Assembly: GCF_009914755.1 (NCBI RefSeq)
Contig: NC_060925.1
Length of the DNA stretch: 64,000 bases
Reading direction: 5' to 3' (one strand)
DNA from: the human T2T-CHM13v2.0 reference genome, Homo sapiens
A program made the translations under genes and the position numbers. Shown here one piece after another: positions 27,266 through 40,038 of this stretch. The notes under the pieces are model-generated. The model worked only from the letters and a program-made list of their open reading frames with translations. It ran no database searches and was not told the DNA's origin. Positions within the stretch are counted from its first letter, which is position 1. Every line of letters starts with the position of its first letter.

Positions 27266-28904
27266 CAAAAAGACTGAATTTAAAACTTGAAATTTTGCTT
27301 TTGGAAAATTTGTCAAATATCAAAGGTTAATACACCTGATTTCACAAAATAGGGTCATAGTCACTATGGAATAGTTATTCATTTAGCCAGAATGATAATT
27401 CAGATATTAAAAAAAAAACACCAAATCCCGACCTTTACTTTTTGATAGGAAATCCACTTTCCCAGATAATAAGACAGCAAAGACAGCATGGGGCCAACTA
27501 AACTTGTCTCTCTCTCCCCTCTTTTTTTTTTTCCTGCAGCTAACTCAAAAGGTAAACAGAAATCTCCTATTATCTCTTATTAATATTACATATTTTGTTC
27601 AAAAGAGAAAATCGAATTTACCTCTGTATAGTGTATTATTAATGTTAAAGCTAAGTTCAGTAAAACCTTATAAACAATTTTATCTAATTTTAATCAATTT
27701 GACGTTTACATAAACCTTTCATAACCTTTTATAATTTTCTATCAGAGCAGATCAATGCTTCAAGAAAATCTTGTTATTCTGACACAGAGGCCCAGATGCT
27801 GGCCTTGCATCAGTGTGCTTTTGATATTAATGTTTAGTTTTTAGAAAGACTGAACTAATTTTACTCCTCAAAATTGGCCTTGCAATCTCACATGCCCACC
27901 TCTTCTGCTATAGTCCCTGGGCCAAGAGGGATTGAATAGTTTTAATTTCTGGCCCTGCGTCTCATGAAAGCAGTTTGTTTTGTCACCCTCTCCTGGGTCT
28001 GAAGACAAGACTTTGACTGGTGTCAGTGTTTAGGTTGTAGCAGGAGTAGGTGCCTTTTTCAGACCCAGGAGTCAGTGCCCCGTAACTTAATAGCACAAGG
28101 ACTTTAAAAGCAATACAGAAAGTTACATGGATGTAAAAACCTTAATTCTTTTAAATTTTGGTTTTCCTAATTAATCAAAAACTTAATAATGATGAGATAG
28201 AAATTCTCTTAGTAAAATGTAAATCTGCTTCTTAGGCCAGTTACCAAAGGGCAAAGATGATTTGCACTGTGATTGCTTCTCCTTATGGGAAGCTCATTTA
28301 GATAACCTGAAAGCCAAACCTGATGGGAAAAGAGTACTTGAATTAATCAGATACAGGAAGAGTGTGTCCAGGGTCATGAGTGAACCTTATAAAGGAAAGA
28401 AGAAACCGGGAAACGAGTACTTTGAGCAGGGGAACAGCATGAGAAGTTTGCCAGTTACATGGAACAATTTAGACATAATCAAGAAAAGCCAAGAGTACGG
28501 AATCAAGTTATACTGGAAGAAAACATCGCTTTTCTAGACCTTACAGATAAACATTTCAGCATCAGGCCACTGCAGTAGTTAGAACTGGAGGAAAAAAAGT
28601 TAAAAGAGCTAGCAAAAAGGTTGAAGGAGAGAGTTAGCATCTCAGGCCTTTTCATGGGGAGAAAAAAGCTGAAAGCAGCAAGACACATTCTGAGACATGA
28701 ATATGAGAAGTTTTCAAAAAGAAACAGTATAGTATCAAAATCAAAACCTCTTGTGATTTTATTAAGAGCAAATCGATATTTTAAGGGAAATTTTTTCTAA
28801 CACAGGAGACCAATCTTTTTCACATCTCTCTCCCCTACCACTGGTTCCTTTCTACCTTGTTTCATAAATAACCTTTCCAAGTCCATAATTTAACCTTTAG
28901 GTAA

Positions 28905-29236
28905 TGTATTAGTCCATTTTCATGCTGCTGATAAAGACATAGCTGAGACTAGGCAATTTACAAAAGAAAGAGTTTTATTTGGACTTACAGTTCCACGTGG
29001 CTGGGGAAGCCTTACAATCACGGTGGAAGACAAGGAGTCAGTCACATCTTACATAGATGACAGCAGGCAAAGAGAGATCAGATCTCGTGAGACTTACTCA
29101 CTACCACGAGAACAGTGTGATGGAAATCACCCCCATAATTCAATGATCTCCCACTGGGTCCCTCCCACAACACATGGGAATTATTGGAGCATAATTCAAG
29201 ATGAGATTTGGTTGGGGACACAGCCAAACCGTGTCA
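28905..29236 (-). mobile_element. THE1-type MaLR solo LTR nested in the provirus
   Basis: tgtattagtccattttcatgctgctgataaagacata...ggggacacagccaaaccgtgtca; imperfect 5-bp TSD ggtaa/gataa. Confidence 0.88.
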
Positions 29237-29311
29237 GATAACTTCTGAATTAAACAAAATTATTATTTTTCTCAATAAGAACACATCTTCTTTGGCACAT
29301 TTTATATACAA

Positions 29312-30780
29312 TTTTTTTTTTCAGGAAAAATGCACTGAACACATTTGCGTTTCTTTGTTTTAAAGCAAATGACAAAGACCCAGCTTACCAGCTTTACTTT
29401 TTTAAAACCCAAGCTTAACGTTGCATGTTTAAACAATTGTCAAGACCTACCAAATTGCCAGCATTTATGCACAAGTAGAAAACATCCTTAATTTATATTA
29501 AGCCAGAAGTATATTACCATTAACGCATTAATATCTTTCACTACTAAACACTGAAAAAAATGAAATTGTTTCTATAGAAGGCTTATCCTGGCAATATTAA
29601 CGTCATAACAGGCTGACACTGCTTGGCTCACATTTGCAGACGTGATGGAAAAGCAGATCCATGCTGGTGTTAGTGTACAATCTTGTCCTACCACTGAAGA
29701 GTCAAGGCTCACCTTGGAGTATGTTTAATAAAAAAGCAAAGTGCATACAGATATTTACATCAATTTTTAAAACAAAAAGTCCTATTTTGTGGTCCCAACA
29801 ATAAACTCAAAAGTCTATGACAAATAGGAGCTCTGAGAAGCTGTTTATAAATACTTTAGGTACAATTATACTGAAAGTCGAGTTCACTGGATATCTTCAA
29901 AAACTGTTTTTGTTAATCCTCAAATGGTGCTTGTTTAGGTTAACATTTCTGTTAAGTGTGTGCATTGAATTCCTGGTTATCCAAGCACAGCTGCTGCTCC
30001 TCACCATGTATCGTTAAGGACTTTAACTGGCCCTCTTCTTCAACTTCTGCTCTTTCTTGACCATTCTTGACAATCCTTTTTTTAGTAATTTTTTTGCCAT
30101 TAACCATTTCAGTAGAAGTTGATACACATTTGAAGTTGCCCATCCCACTACCACCAAATGATGTGGAAGAGAATGAGTCCCCTGTGACCTAGTGACGAGA
30201 ATGAAGTAAATCCTGTCTCAAAAGAAGAAAATCCACTTCCAAGGTATAGAAATCTACTGAATGCTGAGAAAAACAACCCATCCCTCAGCTTCTGCTCCCT
30301 TGGGGACCCCTTTGATTCCCAAAGAAGTCCTCAAATAGATTTTCAAAGTAGGTAAATGGAAATGGGTCTCTTCCACCAAAAAATTCCCTGAAGACATCAT
30401 CTACGTTATGAAATGTGATGACAAACTCAAATGATTGTCAAAATGACTTCCGCCACGTCCTCTACCATTTAATCCTCCTTCTGGTTTAATATAAATTAAG
30501 CTATCTTATTTTCTAGCATCTGACAGCACCTCACGTCTCGGCTACTTGTTTGAATTTTCTCTCTGCTGCTTTATTCTCAGGATTTTTATCTTGGTGCCAC
30601 TTCAGTGCCAGTTTCTGATATGTCATTTTAATATCCTCCGGTAAGGCATGTCTGCATGCCTAGAACTTCATAGTAATCCACCACATTTTATCAGATTATT
30701 GGAACAGGTCGGAGGATGTGGGCAGCTGGCGGGAAGCAGGGAAGGTGGGGTGGCAGCATGGCTGTGTTGGTGATTGTGGC
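29312..30780 (-). pseudogene. DNAJB6P6: Processed pseudogene of DNAJB6 (short isoform b, ending ...[20 protein letters not shown]-like); probably the locus annotated DNAJB6P6
   Basis: The minus strand reads an intronless J-domain (VDYYEVLG..., [12 protein letters not shown]...) through [44 protein letters not shown]. The start codon has decayed to GTG (30682-30684) and there are frameshifts. A long 3'UTR and a poly(A) (T-run 29312-29321) follow. The parent gene is certain; the P-number is from memory only. Confidence 0.92.
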
Positions 30781-31795
30781 CCAAAATTATATATTAGCTA
30801 GAATTCCTATTCTTAGTAACCTTAAATTTGAGTGACGATCTAGGAAGCAAGTAATTCTGAACTGTCTATCAGATGTTAGCATTTTATAGGTAAGAACATT
30901 CCATAATTTTTTTACAAAAACATGTTTTGCCTATATTATAACCCTTTCTTAATTGGAAATGACTCAGACATCTAGTGAGCAAAATAATTTCAAGATTTTA
31001 AATTACATAAAAAGTTCACTTATAGCAATTATACCATTTACCTTTCACTCATTTTTAGCAGTCTAGATTACGTATGAGAGCTGAGATATTAGACAGAGCT
31101 AGTCATTATTTCCTTGTTAATTATTTTTATAACCTGTGCATATTAAGTGCTCACTCAAGAACCTTAAATATATGGGTATTTTCACCAATAACTCAGAAGA
31201 TTCAGCTCTATTAAACTAATGATACTAGTCTTACTTATAAAAAAAAATCACACAAAGATCATTTTGTTTTGGCTGGGTTTATAGTTCTATAACCTTCTGT
31301 GCCAAACTCTGACACTTTAAAATATCTAACAGAGACAAATATAAAACCCAGAAAAAATATGTTGACAACATGAAAACATTTCTGTTTTAATCTTACCAAT
31401 AATTTTAAAGCCTGCTTGTTTAGGATTTACTTAAGTCACATGAACTTGAAAAAGGCTTGGACTTATATACTTAATTTATGGGTTCCTTTTTATTTATAAG
31501 CCAATTTGGTACCATGTAAAGACAACACATGATATCCAGACACATATGTACACATATAAACAAAGACCCAATAGCTTTTACCTTGGAATTCTAGCCATGA
31601 GATAGTAGTGCAAACTCACCAGTTTATGAACATGTTCATGTGGCTAAATTTTGCCCTGGTAGGTAATCCAGTGAAGCCTGTGAACCAAAATTTTGGGTTA
31701 AGCAGTTTCCAAGGCAGTTTTATTTTTAAAGGCTAAACCTCCCCAGACTCCAAAGAACACTAGGGCCAGACAGCACCACAGAAGAACATCATGTA

Positions 31796-31876
31796 TGAGG
31801 TTGGCACAAAAATAATTGTGGTTTTTGCCATCTGAAAGCAATGGCAAAAACCGCAATTACTTTTGCACCAACTTAA
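31796..31876. mobile_element. MADE1 (Hsmar1-derived MITE) nested in the provirus
   Basis: About 80-bp palindrome aggttggcacaaaaataattgtggtttttgccat / atggcaaaaaccgcaattacttttgcaccaact, flanked by TA on both sides. Confidence 0.92.
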
Positions 31877-32722
31877 TACTAATCAGTCCTGACACTTTTT
31901 AGATGAGCAACATACAAGCCTGGATACAAGGAACTCTGACCCAGTTTCCCATTTAACAGTAAAATGAATCCAACTGTAAGACAGTCCTATGATTCAAAGA
32001 CCTTCCAAGATGAGATGAGATCAGGCCATTCGGGGTGGTATGGGTATGGCCGTAGACTTTCCCTTGCTCTCTGGGCCCACAACTACATTCATACCAACCT
32101 AAAGAATGCATCCAAGCAGGCCGCAATGTGGGATTGAACCTCGACCTCCCACAGCTATGTCGACGTATGCACAATCACCAATACACAATCCAACTGCAGC
32201 AGTAGCCACCATGCCCCAAGAGTGTCCAAACTGAAATAGTTGGGGTGCTTTCCTCTCTTGGTTGGGCTTGTTCAACCTGCAAATGGAAATTTCTTCAGAA
32301 TTCCCAAAATTGAGAGGAGCAGTTGTCACTGTTTGGACCCACAAAACATACTTGTCCAGACACAGATGTGTATACACACAAACAATCACTAACAAGCCCC
32401 AAGAGTGTCCAAACAAATAGTTGGAGGGCTTGCCTCTCTGTTGGTTACACTTGTTCAACCTGCAAATGGAAATTTCTTTGGAATTCCCAAAATTGAGCCA
32501 TTCCCCTCGTCTGGTACCCATAAAAGACACTCACTTATCCAGATGCAGATGTCACATTTCAAAGGCTGTTCTTCATAGGCAATCAGAAATGCAGTAGGGC
32601 CCACAGTGACAGAGTCAAAGAGAGAGACCGAAATTTACCTTCAGCCAAAAAAGAGCCAGGCAGCTGCTTAGGAGGGCTTCTGAAACTCTCCTGGCCCATG
32701 GCTGCAGAGCCATGAACAGGGC

Positions 32723-32740
32723 CTTCTGGTCAAGGAACCA
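32723..32740 (-). other. Retroviral primer-binding site, tRNA-Glu type
   Basis: Plus strand ...ttctggtcaaggaaCCA resembles the tRNA-Glu 3' end TTCCCGGTCAGGGAACCA. It lies 5 nt inside the 5' LTR boundary. Confidence 0.75.
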
Positions 32741-32745
32741 AAATC

Positions 32746-33183
32746 TGTTATTGAAATGCCAGGGGTTTGGTCTAGTCCTGTTGCTTGCTGCACAGAAAGC
32801 CAATTACCGAGACAATGAATATTGCCAGGGAAGAAAGCTTTATTTGGGTGATGTCAGCCAGAGTGATGGGAGATTGCCTTAAATCAATTCCTCTCAGCCA
32901 ACTAAAATTGGGGGTTTATATAGTGGGGAAGGAATGCAACCGCATGCAGGAAAATGGGAATTAGGGAGAGGTATGGAGCAATCATGATGGATGAGGGATC
33001 TGGCATCTCACTGGATGTGGTGGTCTAGTGAGTTTCAGTTCCTTGCCTGAGGGTCGGTTTTCTGAGGAAGGAATTCAGATAAGACAAATCTAAGTTTCAA
33101 GTTTTAAGACCAGGGAGGGTCAATTTCCATGTGTATTCAAAAAACCATCAGCATAAGTTCTATGGGCAGTTGGACTGGTTTCA
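32746..33183 (-). mobile_element. 5' LTR of the ERV1 provirus
   Basis: Collinear with 24456-24890 (e.g. gaaagccaattac, tattgccagggaagaa, ctaaaattgg, ctgaggaaggaa, tcaatttccatg). Adjacent to the PBS. Confidence 0.88.
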
Positions 33184-33527
33184 CTAGTTGTGAAATAGAT
33201 TGATGGAAGATGACTGAAGCACATTCAAAATTTGGACCACATTGCATTGTCTTGCCTCCTCCATCAAATATTTTTGCTGGGTCATATTTTGTATTCAGTA
33301 CTTAGTTATTATGGAGGGGTGCTACAACAAACAGTTTAATGCCTATTGCTGTGTGTGGTATGGGGGTGCAGTATTCTCCATTGTAGTTAAAATTTGTACA
33401 GAAAATAACTTTTAAATATGAGTTTGGGGAATAGTTTGTTTCCCCTGAGAAACTGCTATCCTTTTTCTTTATGGACAAGGACAGCTAAGTAACTGATTTC
33501 TCTTTCCACTTCAGCTTCTGGGAAACT

Positions 33528-33700
33528 TATTTTTAATTTTTATTTTGTTTTAGGGACAAGGTCTCACTCTGTCGCCCAAGCTGGAGCACAGTGGCACAAT
33601 AATAGTTCACTGCAGCCTTGAAGTCCTGGGCTCAAGTGATTCTCCTGCCTCAGCCTCTTGAGTAGCTAGGACTACAGGTGTGCACCACCTCCCCTGGCTA
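33528..33700 (-). mobile_element. Alu right monomer / FRAM-like
   Basis: Single arm; TSD ttctgggaaactta. Confidence 0.85.
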
Positions 33701-36039
33701 TTCTGGGAAACTTAGATCCAAATTTTCAAGCCAATGAATTTGGCTCTTCGGGGGCCTTGTGGTCTTGGTATCTCTCTCTCTCCCACCTCTTTATTTCTTC
33801 CTGGGTCTAATTTTTATTTTCAATTATTTTTCTCTATTTTGGGTATTTCTGATAAACCATCTGAAATAATTTTTTATAAGGTAGAGTATTGCACACTCTT
33901 GAATATGTATACATTCCGTTAGTTAATTAGTAGGTCTTGGACAGCATGGTCTGGATGGAGGTTCTGAATCCTGGGACCTGCCATGTGATGGATAGACATG
34001 TGACTGGGCCTCAGAACTGCCCTCTTGTACGCTGGATACTCCCAGGCTTTATCTTTAGTGAAGAGATAATTTGCCCTTAAGCACACTAGGAAGACAGTCT
34101 GGTGTAGAGAAGGAGGTAACCTACTTCATCTAAATGAAGAACTGGGTGAGTTACTGTGATCAACTACTGAAGGGTTTATGAAAGCATTTTGAAAAGTTTA
34201 AAACGTTTTATATTTGCTCATTTAACATTCGTTGCAAGCACTGGGCCAAGGATATGAAGATGGGTAAACTCATTCATTCTTTCAATAGATACTTACTGAA
34301 TAACCACTGTGTGCCTTGCCCTGATCCAGGTGCTTGGAATGCAGCAATGAGCAAAACAGTGTCTCCTTACCTGGAGCAGTACCTCCTGCAATCCTCGAGG
34401 CACTTGTAACCTAGTGGGATTCTTTGTATGTGTTCTTTGCATTCTTTGCATCTACTTATATGTGGTAGGACTCACTTATGAGATCAAAGCTGTGCTTTAG
34501 ATTTAGGGTTTATGGACCTAAGTTACGACATGGAAGATGTTTGTATTTGCAAAGAGATTTACAGTTCCTCCCTCCCCCCTCCCTTTTTCCCAGCACCATG
34601 GAATGATATCTACAGGTTAGAGTCGATAGGTTTAGTGATAAGCCCAAGGATTCTGTCTGTAGGTTCCCGAGGAGCCTAGTGTGCTAGGGATGCTTCAGGT
34701 GAGGTGCAAACAATCCCCAAGTCACATTTAACCAGTCAGGTGACTCTCAACTGGCCTGGCCAAGCCACCCTCTGGTTTTGATTTAGCAGGTACAGGGCAG
34801 GGTCTGTGCCGCCTTGTATTTTGGCAGCTTTCCCAAGGAGTTCTGAAATGTTTCCCACCCCTGTTCCAAGTTCAGAAATACTGATGCAATGCAATGTGCT
34901 AATTTTGCACATGAGGACACTGAGACATAGGGGATAAAGGGATTGTTCAAAATCACACAGTCAAAAGCCAAGCCAGAACCCAAACTCAGGTTCCTGACTT
35001 CCCCATGATGCCCTTTCCATGAGCCCAGGTGATGGACCTTTCTCTGAGCATGCAGACAGCTGGTACTGTGAGGTGTTAATGGGCTGTGAAATAATCCATC
35101 CTGCTTTCTGACTGCCCTTGGCTCAGGTCTGGTAAGGGTTCCAGCAGGGTCATGTCCTGTATGCTCTGGTTGTGCTCTGAGTTGATACTGTGGTTGCTAT
35201 TTTTCCATTGAAGTATTTTAATAAATTTGTAATGCCTGGCTCTTAAAATTTCCCAAAGTGGATAGTGCTATTTAGAAGAATCTTAATAAAGTACATAGGT
35301 ATCCTCCTGGTTGGGGCGAGTTTTTCTGCAGGTGATCATTAGAGTGGGCACTTGTCTTAGGAGCCCATGGAGGTTTTTACAAAGGGCCATGGCTCAGCCC
35401 TCAATCGCCAGTTTGTGGGTTTCTGCAGGTTTGGAGGAAACTGCTGCCAAAGATTGTCTTTATACAGAAGGAGTCTGTCCATTGGGTACAACATGGAGGC
35501 TAAACCACTGCATTTTAGAAGTTTCTTCTTAGTAGTTGATTCCACATTTGGTTTTGAGAACTTTAGGCTTTATCATTCAAGTCCTAGTATAATTCTTCTA
35601 GACTAGGAAAGGAATTCTAGATCCCCCAACGGTAGTCTTCTCCACTCTTGGGCTACCCCAAATGTTTGCATGGTTGTCATGTCACGTGCATGCGGTTGAC
35701 ATATGCCTGCTGAGATTGTGGTCTCTCCCTCCTGGGCAGTTTGCAAATTGAAATTTCATTCCTTCTACTTGAGGTTGCCCTTTCCTGACCCCTGTCATCT
35801 CCTGTCACATGGAGTTCTTAGTCCACTTCTGTCATCCTGTCCAGGGACTATGCCTTGCCTTCTGTCTGCAGCTCCCAGAACAGTGCCTCATACATAGTAA
35901 GTGCTCATTAAATATTCAGTGAATGAAATAACTCTGACTCGTGAGTTGACCTGGCACAGTCCCAGATACTGGCATCTGACAGCAGGAGAGGGCTAATTAG
36001 AATCCTCGAATTTCATAAAGAAAATGTAAAATAATGTAA

Positions 36040-36930
36040 GAGTCTATCTTTGTGTCTTGGGGCAAGGAAGAACTTCTTAAATAAAACTTCAGAAAGTAAA
36101 AAATATGAGGCAAAAATGAGTGCAATTGATTTTCATTCAGTGAAGGACACCATAGCCACAGTTAATTAATCAACAGGTGACTGATGAGAGAAGGTGTTTA
36201 AAATGTCTAAAATTGAAAGGGGATTCACATCTACAACATACCAGCAACCAGTACAAATCAGAAAGAGAAAAAGGCAGCGATCTCTTGTTGAAAAATGGTC
36301 AGAGCATCTAAGCGACAATGAACGGAAGAGGAAACCCCAAAGGCTAACGCTTTATATTAAGAGTTGCTCCAACTCATCTCTGGAGAGGTGCAAATTAAAA
36401 CAAGAGAGAGACTGCACTTTACCTATTAGACTGCAAACGCTAGAAAGCTGGATTCTGCCAAGTGTCTGAGGGGATGTGGGACAGAGAATCCGCGGCTCTG
36501 CTGGGGGAATGTAATCACTTTGAAGGGCAGTCAAGGAGGGCAGTCAGTCCAATAAAAAAAAAAAAAACCCATGACTACAATTCCACTCCTAGGTATAAAT
36601 CACAAAGAAATTGGCATACCAATCCCTAAGGTGACATGCATTAGGGTTTTGTGGCATTATTTGAGGTGACATGGTCAAGTCTGTGTCTCTCACTGGTAGC
36701 GTGGATAGACAAAGTATAGTGGCCGCTCCCATGGAGCCCTGCAGCTACACTTCTGAGGGCAAAAGGTAAGAAAGAATGGGATACAAGTTAGGTAAATTTA
36801 AAATCTATGCACACATACAGAATACACATTTTGTAAGAACACAAGGAACAGAAAGATAGACATGAAACATAAACCAATAATTGCCAAGGATGGAGCAAAA
36901 GGGCTAATGGCATAAAAGGAAATGAATGAA
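36040..36930 (+). mobile_element. Old L1ME-like fragment
   Basis: A-rich degraded ORF2 3' motifs (tgcaaattaaaacaa, caattccactcctaggtata). Confidence 0.65.
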
Positions 36931-38489
36931 TGAATAAATGAACAGTTATATATGTAAGAGAGGGCCTTGCTTAGATCAATGATGATGTCTCAAAACAAAC
37001 TACAAGCAACCGGTCACCTACAACTTTTAAGTTGTTTTAACTTTTAAGTAATGCCACAGCTGGCATTACTGCGTTCCTTTATACATATTCTGTCTTCAGT
37101 TTGATTAAAATAATCCATATTTAGGTGAGCAATTGATGCCTTGCTCAATAGGCTACCATGCCCAGAAGCTATTGTGTTTTCAGAGTCAACACAAAATGAA
37201 TGGCAGCTGGTAGAGGCCAGCTACTGTCTGCCTTGCTTTTTGTTGTATCTCCAGCTGCTACCACAGTGCCTGGCAAATGGTAGATGCTTAGTAAGTATTT
37301 TTAGGAATGAGTAATGATGGATCTTCTTGGAAGATACTTTGGGGAGCCTTTCTGATGCACATCCACACTTGGGTGCATGCTCCCCCAAAGCTGGGCTAGG
37401 CTGGCCATGGACCCTTGAGGCCTAGGTGTCAGAGAAGTATCCAAGGAGTAGAGGACACTGGACCAGAAGAAGGAGGGAGGCTGAAAACAAGGATCCCAAA
37501 AGGATGTGTGGAAGGTCACCAAACATTTGAGCCAGAAATTTCTCCTGCATTCTTATGTTTGAGAACCAAGGATGCCAGAGGACGCACAAGTTTGGTGAGA
37601 GGAGGGGGAACCTGGGGCTGGGGGTGATTACCTGGGGTAGGCTCTGTGGCCCCAGTGTGCTTCATGCGCAGGGCCAGATGTAGTGCTGGTGGGCTGGCTG
37701 AGTTAGGGGGCTGGTGGAGCGGGGGGATTCTAGCCTAACTGCCCCAGGGAAGATCCCAGCACACTGCAGGCTGCCCCCACTTCTTCCCAACCCCTCCCTC
37801 ACTGCTTGAGCTATTCAGAGTGGCTGCCTGGCCTATGCCTATGACAAGTTAGCAGAAAAGGGCCTTCTCATTCCCTTCTCCTCTCTGGATTTCACCCTGA
37901 CCCAGATGGCTGCTGGCTGGAGTTGAGGACGGCTGTGCTGTCACCTGAAGCGAGTCAGCTGGGGCTAGGTCTGCCTGGTGTCCTGCTCATTTGGCTTTAG
38001 TCCCAGAGTTGCACAGCTCTGGGGTGTCTTTGTTTCCTGTTAACTAGATGGGAACCAGGGAAGCTATGTCAGAACCAGCTGTGTCTGCAGATTCTGGCAC
38101 ACGATGGCAAATAAGCCAAAGTGTCCTGTGTTTCCCAATTTGTACTCATCATTCAGGTCTAGGGACTCTTCCAGGGGCAGCTGATGCCTCCCTCCTCAGC
38201 TCACCTGCTGGTCTCCAGCTTCTGTCCTGGCAACTCTAAGTTCATGTTTCCACCTGTAACAGGATGGGCCATGCTGGCTTTATCATCCACCTGAGTCCTC
38301 AGAGGGGCTCTGCCATGGCTTTTACCTACACCCTCTACCCCAGCTTTCCCCTGCAGTGACTGGATTCTCCTGATTCAGAGGGTGTGTTGCTAATGATCAT
38401 GCTCAAGGCCAGAAAGGGGAGGAGAGCCGTGAGACCAGAGGGTGGGGCCTGAACACTGCATGGTAATAATTATGGAAATAAAAGTGATA

Positions 38490-38700
38490 ATGTTTTAACT
38501 TTACGTGCTAGGCATTGTGCCCGGTGCTTGTTGTACATTATTTCATTTAATCCTCAAAGTATCAATATGAAGTAGGAACCACTACTGTCTCCTCTTTATA
38601 CTTGAGGACACCGAGGCTTGGAGGGGGTTAAGCACCTTGCCCATAGTCACACAAACAAATGAGGCAGAATTTGGATTTGAACTGAGACATGCCGACTTGC
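38490..38700 (-). mobile_element. MIR (representative; similar relics near 5150-5250, 34900-35000, 38840-38960, 45790-46060, 51000-51190, 61420-61610)
   Basis: MIR core motifs (catttaatcctca, gaggacaccgaggctt, cttgcccatagtcacaca, ggatttgaac). Confidence 0.75.
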
Positions 38701-39622
38701 ATGGTATGTGTAACAATGACACTGTTGTGCCTTTTACACAATGGCATTCCCCCCACCCCCACACCCAACAGTCTTCATTTCTCTCTATCCTGGTGCTATA
38801 GTCTGTATCACCCCATTTTGCATTCATAGCAACCAGTTGAGGTAGAGATTATTCTCATTTTATGGATAAGGAAGCCATGACCTGGAGGAGTGAAGTGACA
38901 AGCTCCAGGTCACAGAGCTGGGAACTGGCAGGGTCAGGATGCAAGTGAGACCTCCTTCAGATCCAGGACTCTTCACTCTAAAGAGGCAGCACCTGTTAGG
39001 GAGAGAGAGGCATGGAGCCGGGGTGGTCCATTTTGTGATGGTGTGAGGAAGGGATGTAGCTATGCAAGGACTTAGAAGATGGTGGCATGGGAAGATCTGG
39101 ACACTCGGGGCTGCTGCTCAGGTGTGGAGGGCATGGTGGCAGAAGGGCTGGGTCTCATTTTCCTGACCAGCGGCTCTCCTCCTACAGAGTCTAAGGGGCT
39201 CTTTATCCTTAAGGCTCAGCTTTGGAATTTGCCCAGCCCCATCCTTTTGTGGAGTCTGTTATGGGTAGCCCACAGCACAGACGGTCCCCACTCATGATGA
39301 GGGTGGACACTGCTCTTGAGACAATGATAAGCTACCCTGTGCAGGCTCTGAGGGTGAGAGTGCCAGGACAGGTCCTCTTCTTCTCTGGTCCTGAGGCTCC
39401 TCATCCCTAAATGGAGGAGGCTGGGTCACACACTTTTCCCAACTTGCTGTAAGGCAGCTTCCTTCCTAAGATGAGTGTGTGCCAAGATGTGGGATGCCAT
39501 GACTCATGATGGCTTCTCACACATGAAAGGGACCCACTGGTCATCACTCTGCCATTTTCCCACCAAGCCCCACTGGCCAAGGCCCAGCCTGGAGCCTGTG
39601 ACAGTCCCTAGTATTGGGGGTT

Positions 39623-40038
39623 TGTGGTGGTTAACTTTGCATGTCAATGTGACTTGGCTATGATGTCTAGATATGTGGCCAAACGTTATTCTGGATGTTT
39701 CTGTGAGGGTGTTTTTGGATAAGATTAATATTTAAATTGGTAAAGCAGATTGCCCTCCCTAACATAGGTGGGCCTCATCCAATCAGCTGAAGGTCCAGAT
39801 AGAACAAAAGACCAACTTCCTCCGAGCAAGAGGGAATTCTGTCAGCAGACGGCCTTTGGACTTGAACCATGGCACTGGCTCCTTCCTAGGTTTCCAGCCT
39901 GCTGGCTGACTCTGCAGAATTGGGACTTCTCAGCCTCCATCATTGCATAAGCCAATTCCTTAAAACAGATATTTTTCTGTGCATATATCTACACACATCC
40001 TGTTGGTTCTGTTTCTCTAGGGAACCCTGACCAATACA
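39623..40038 (+). mobile_element. MLT2 (ERVL) solo LTR
   Basis: tgtggtggttaacttt...gtgggcctcatccaatcagctgaagg...ggaaccctgaccaataca. Confidence 0.88.

Noticed and set aside
29952-30143. 63-aa DNAJB6-like ORF as a functional retrogene
   Set aside because: The upstream J-domain has lost its ATG and HPD motif (HQD) and is frameshifted; only a C-terminal remnant stays open.
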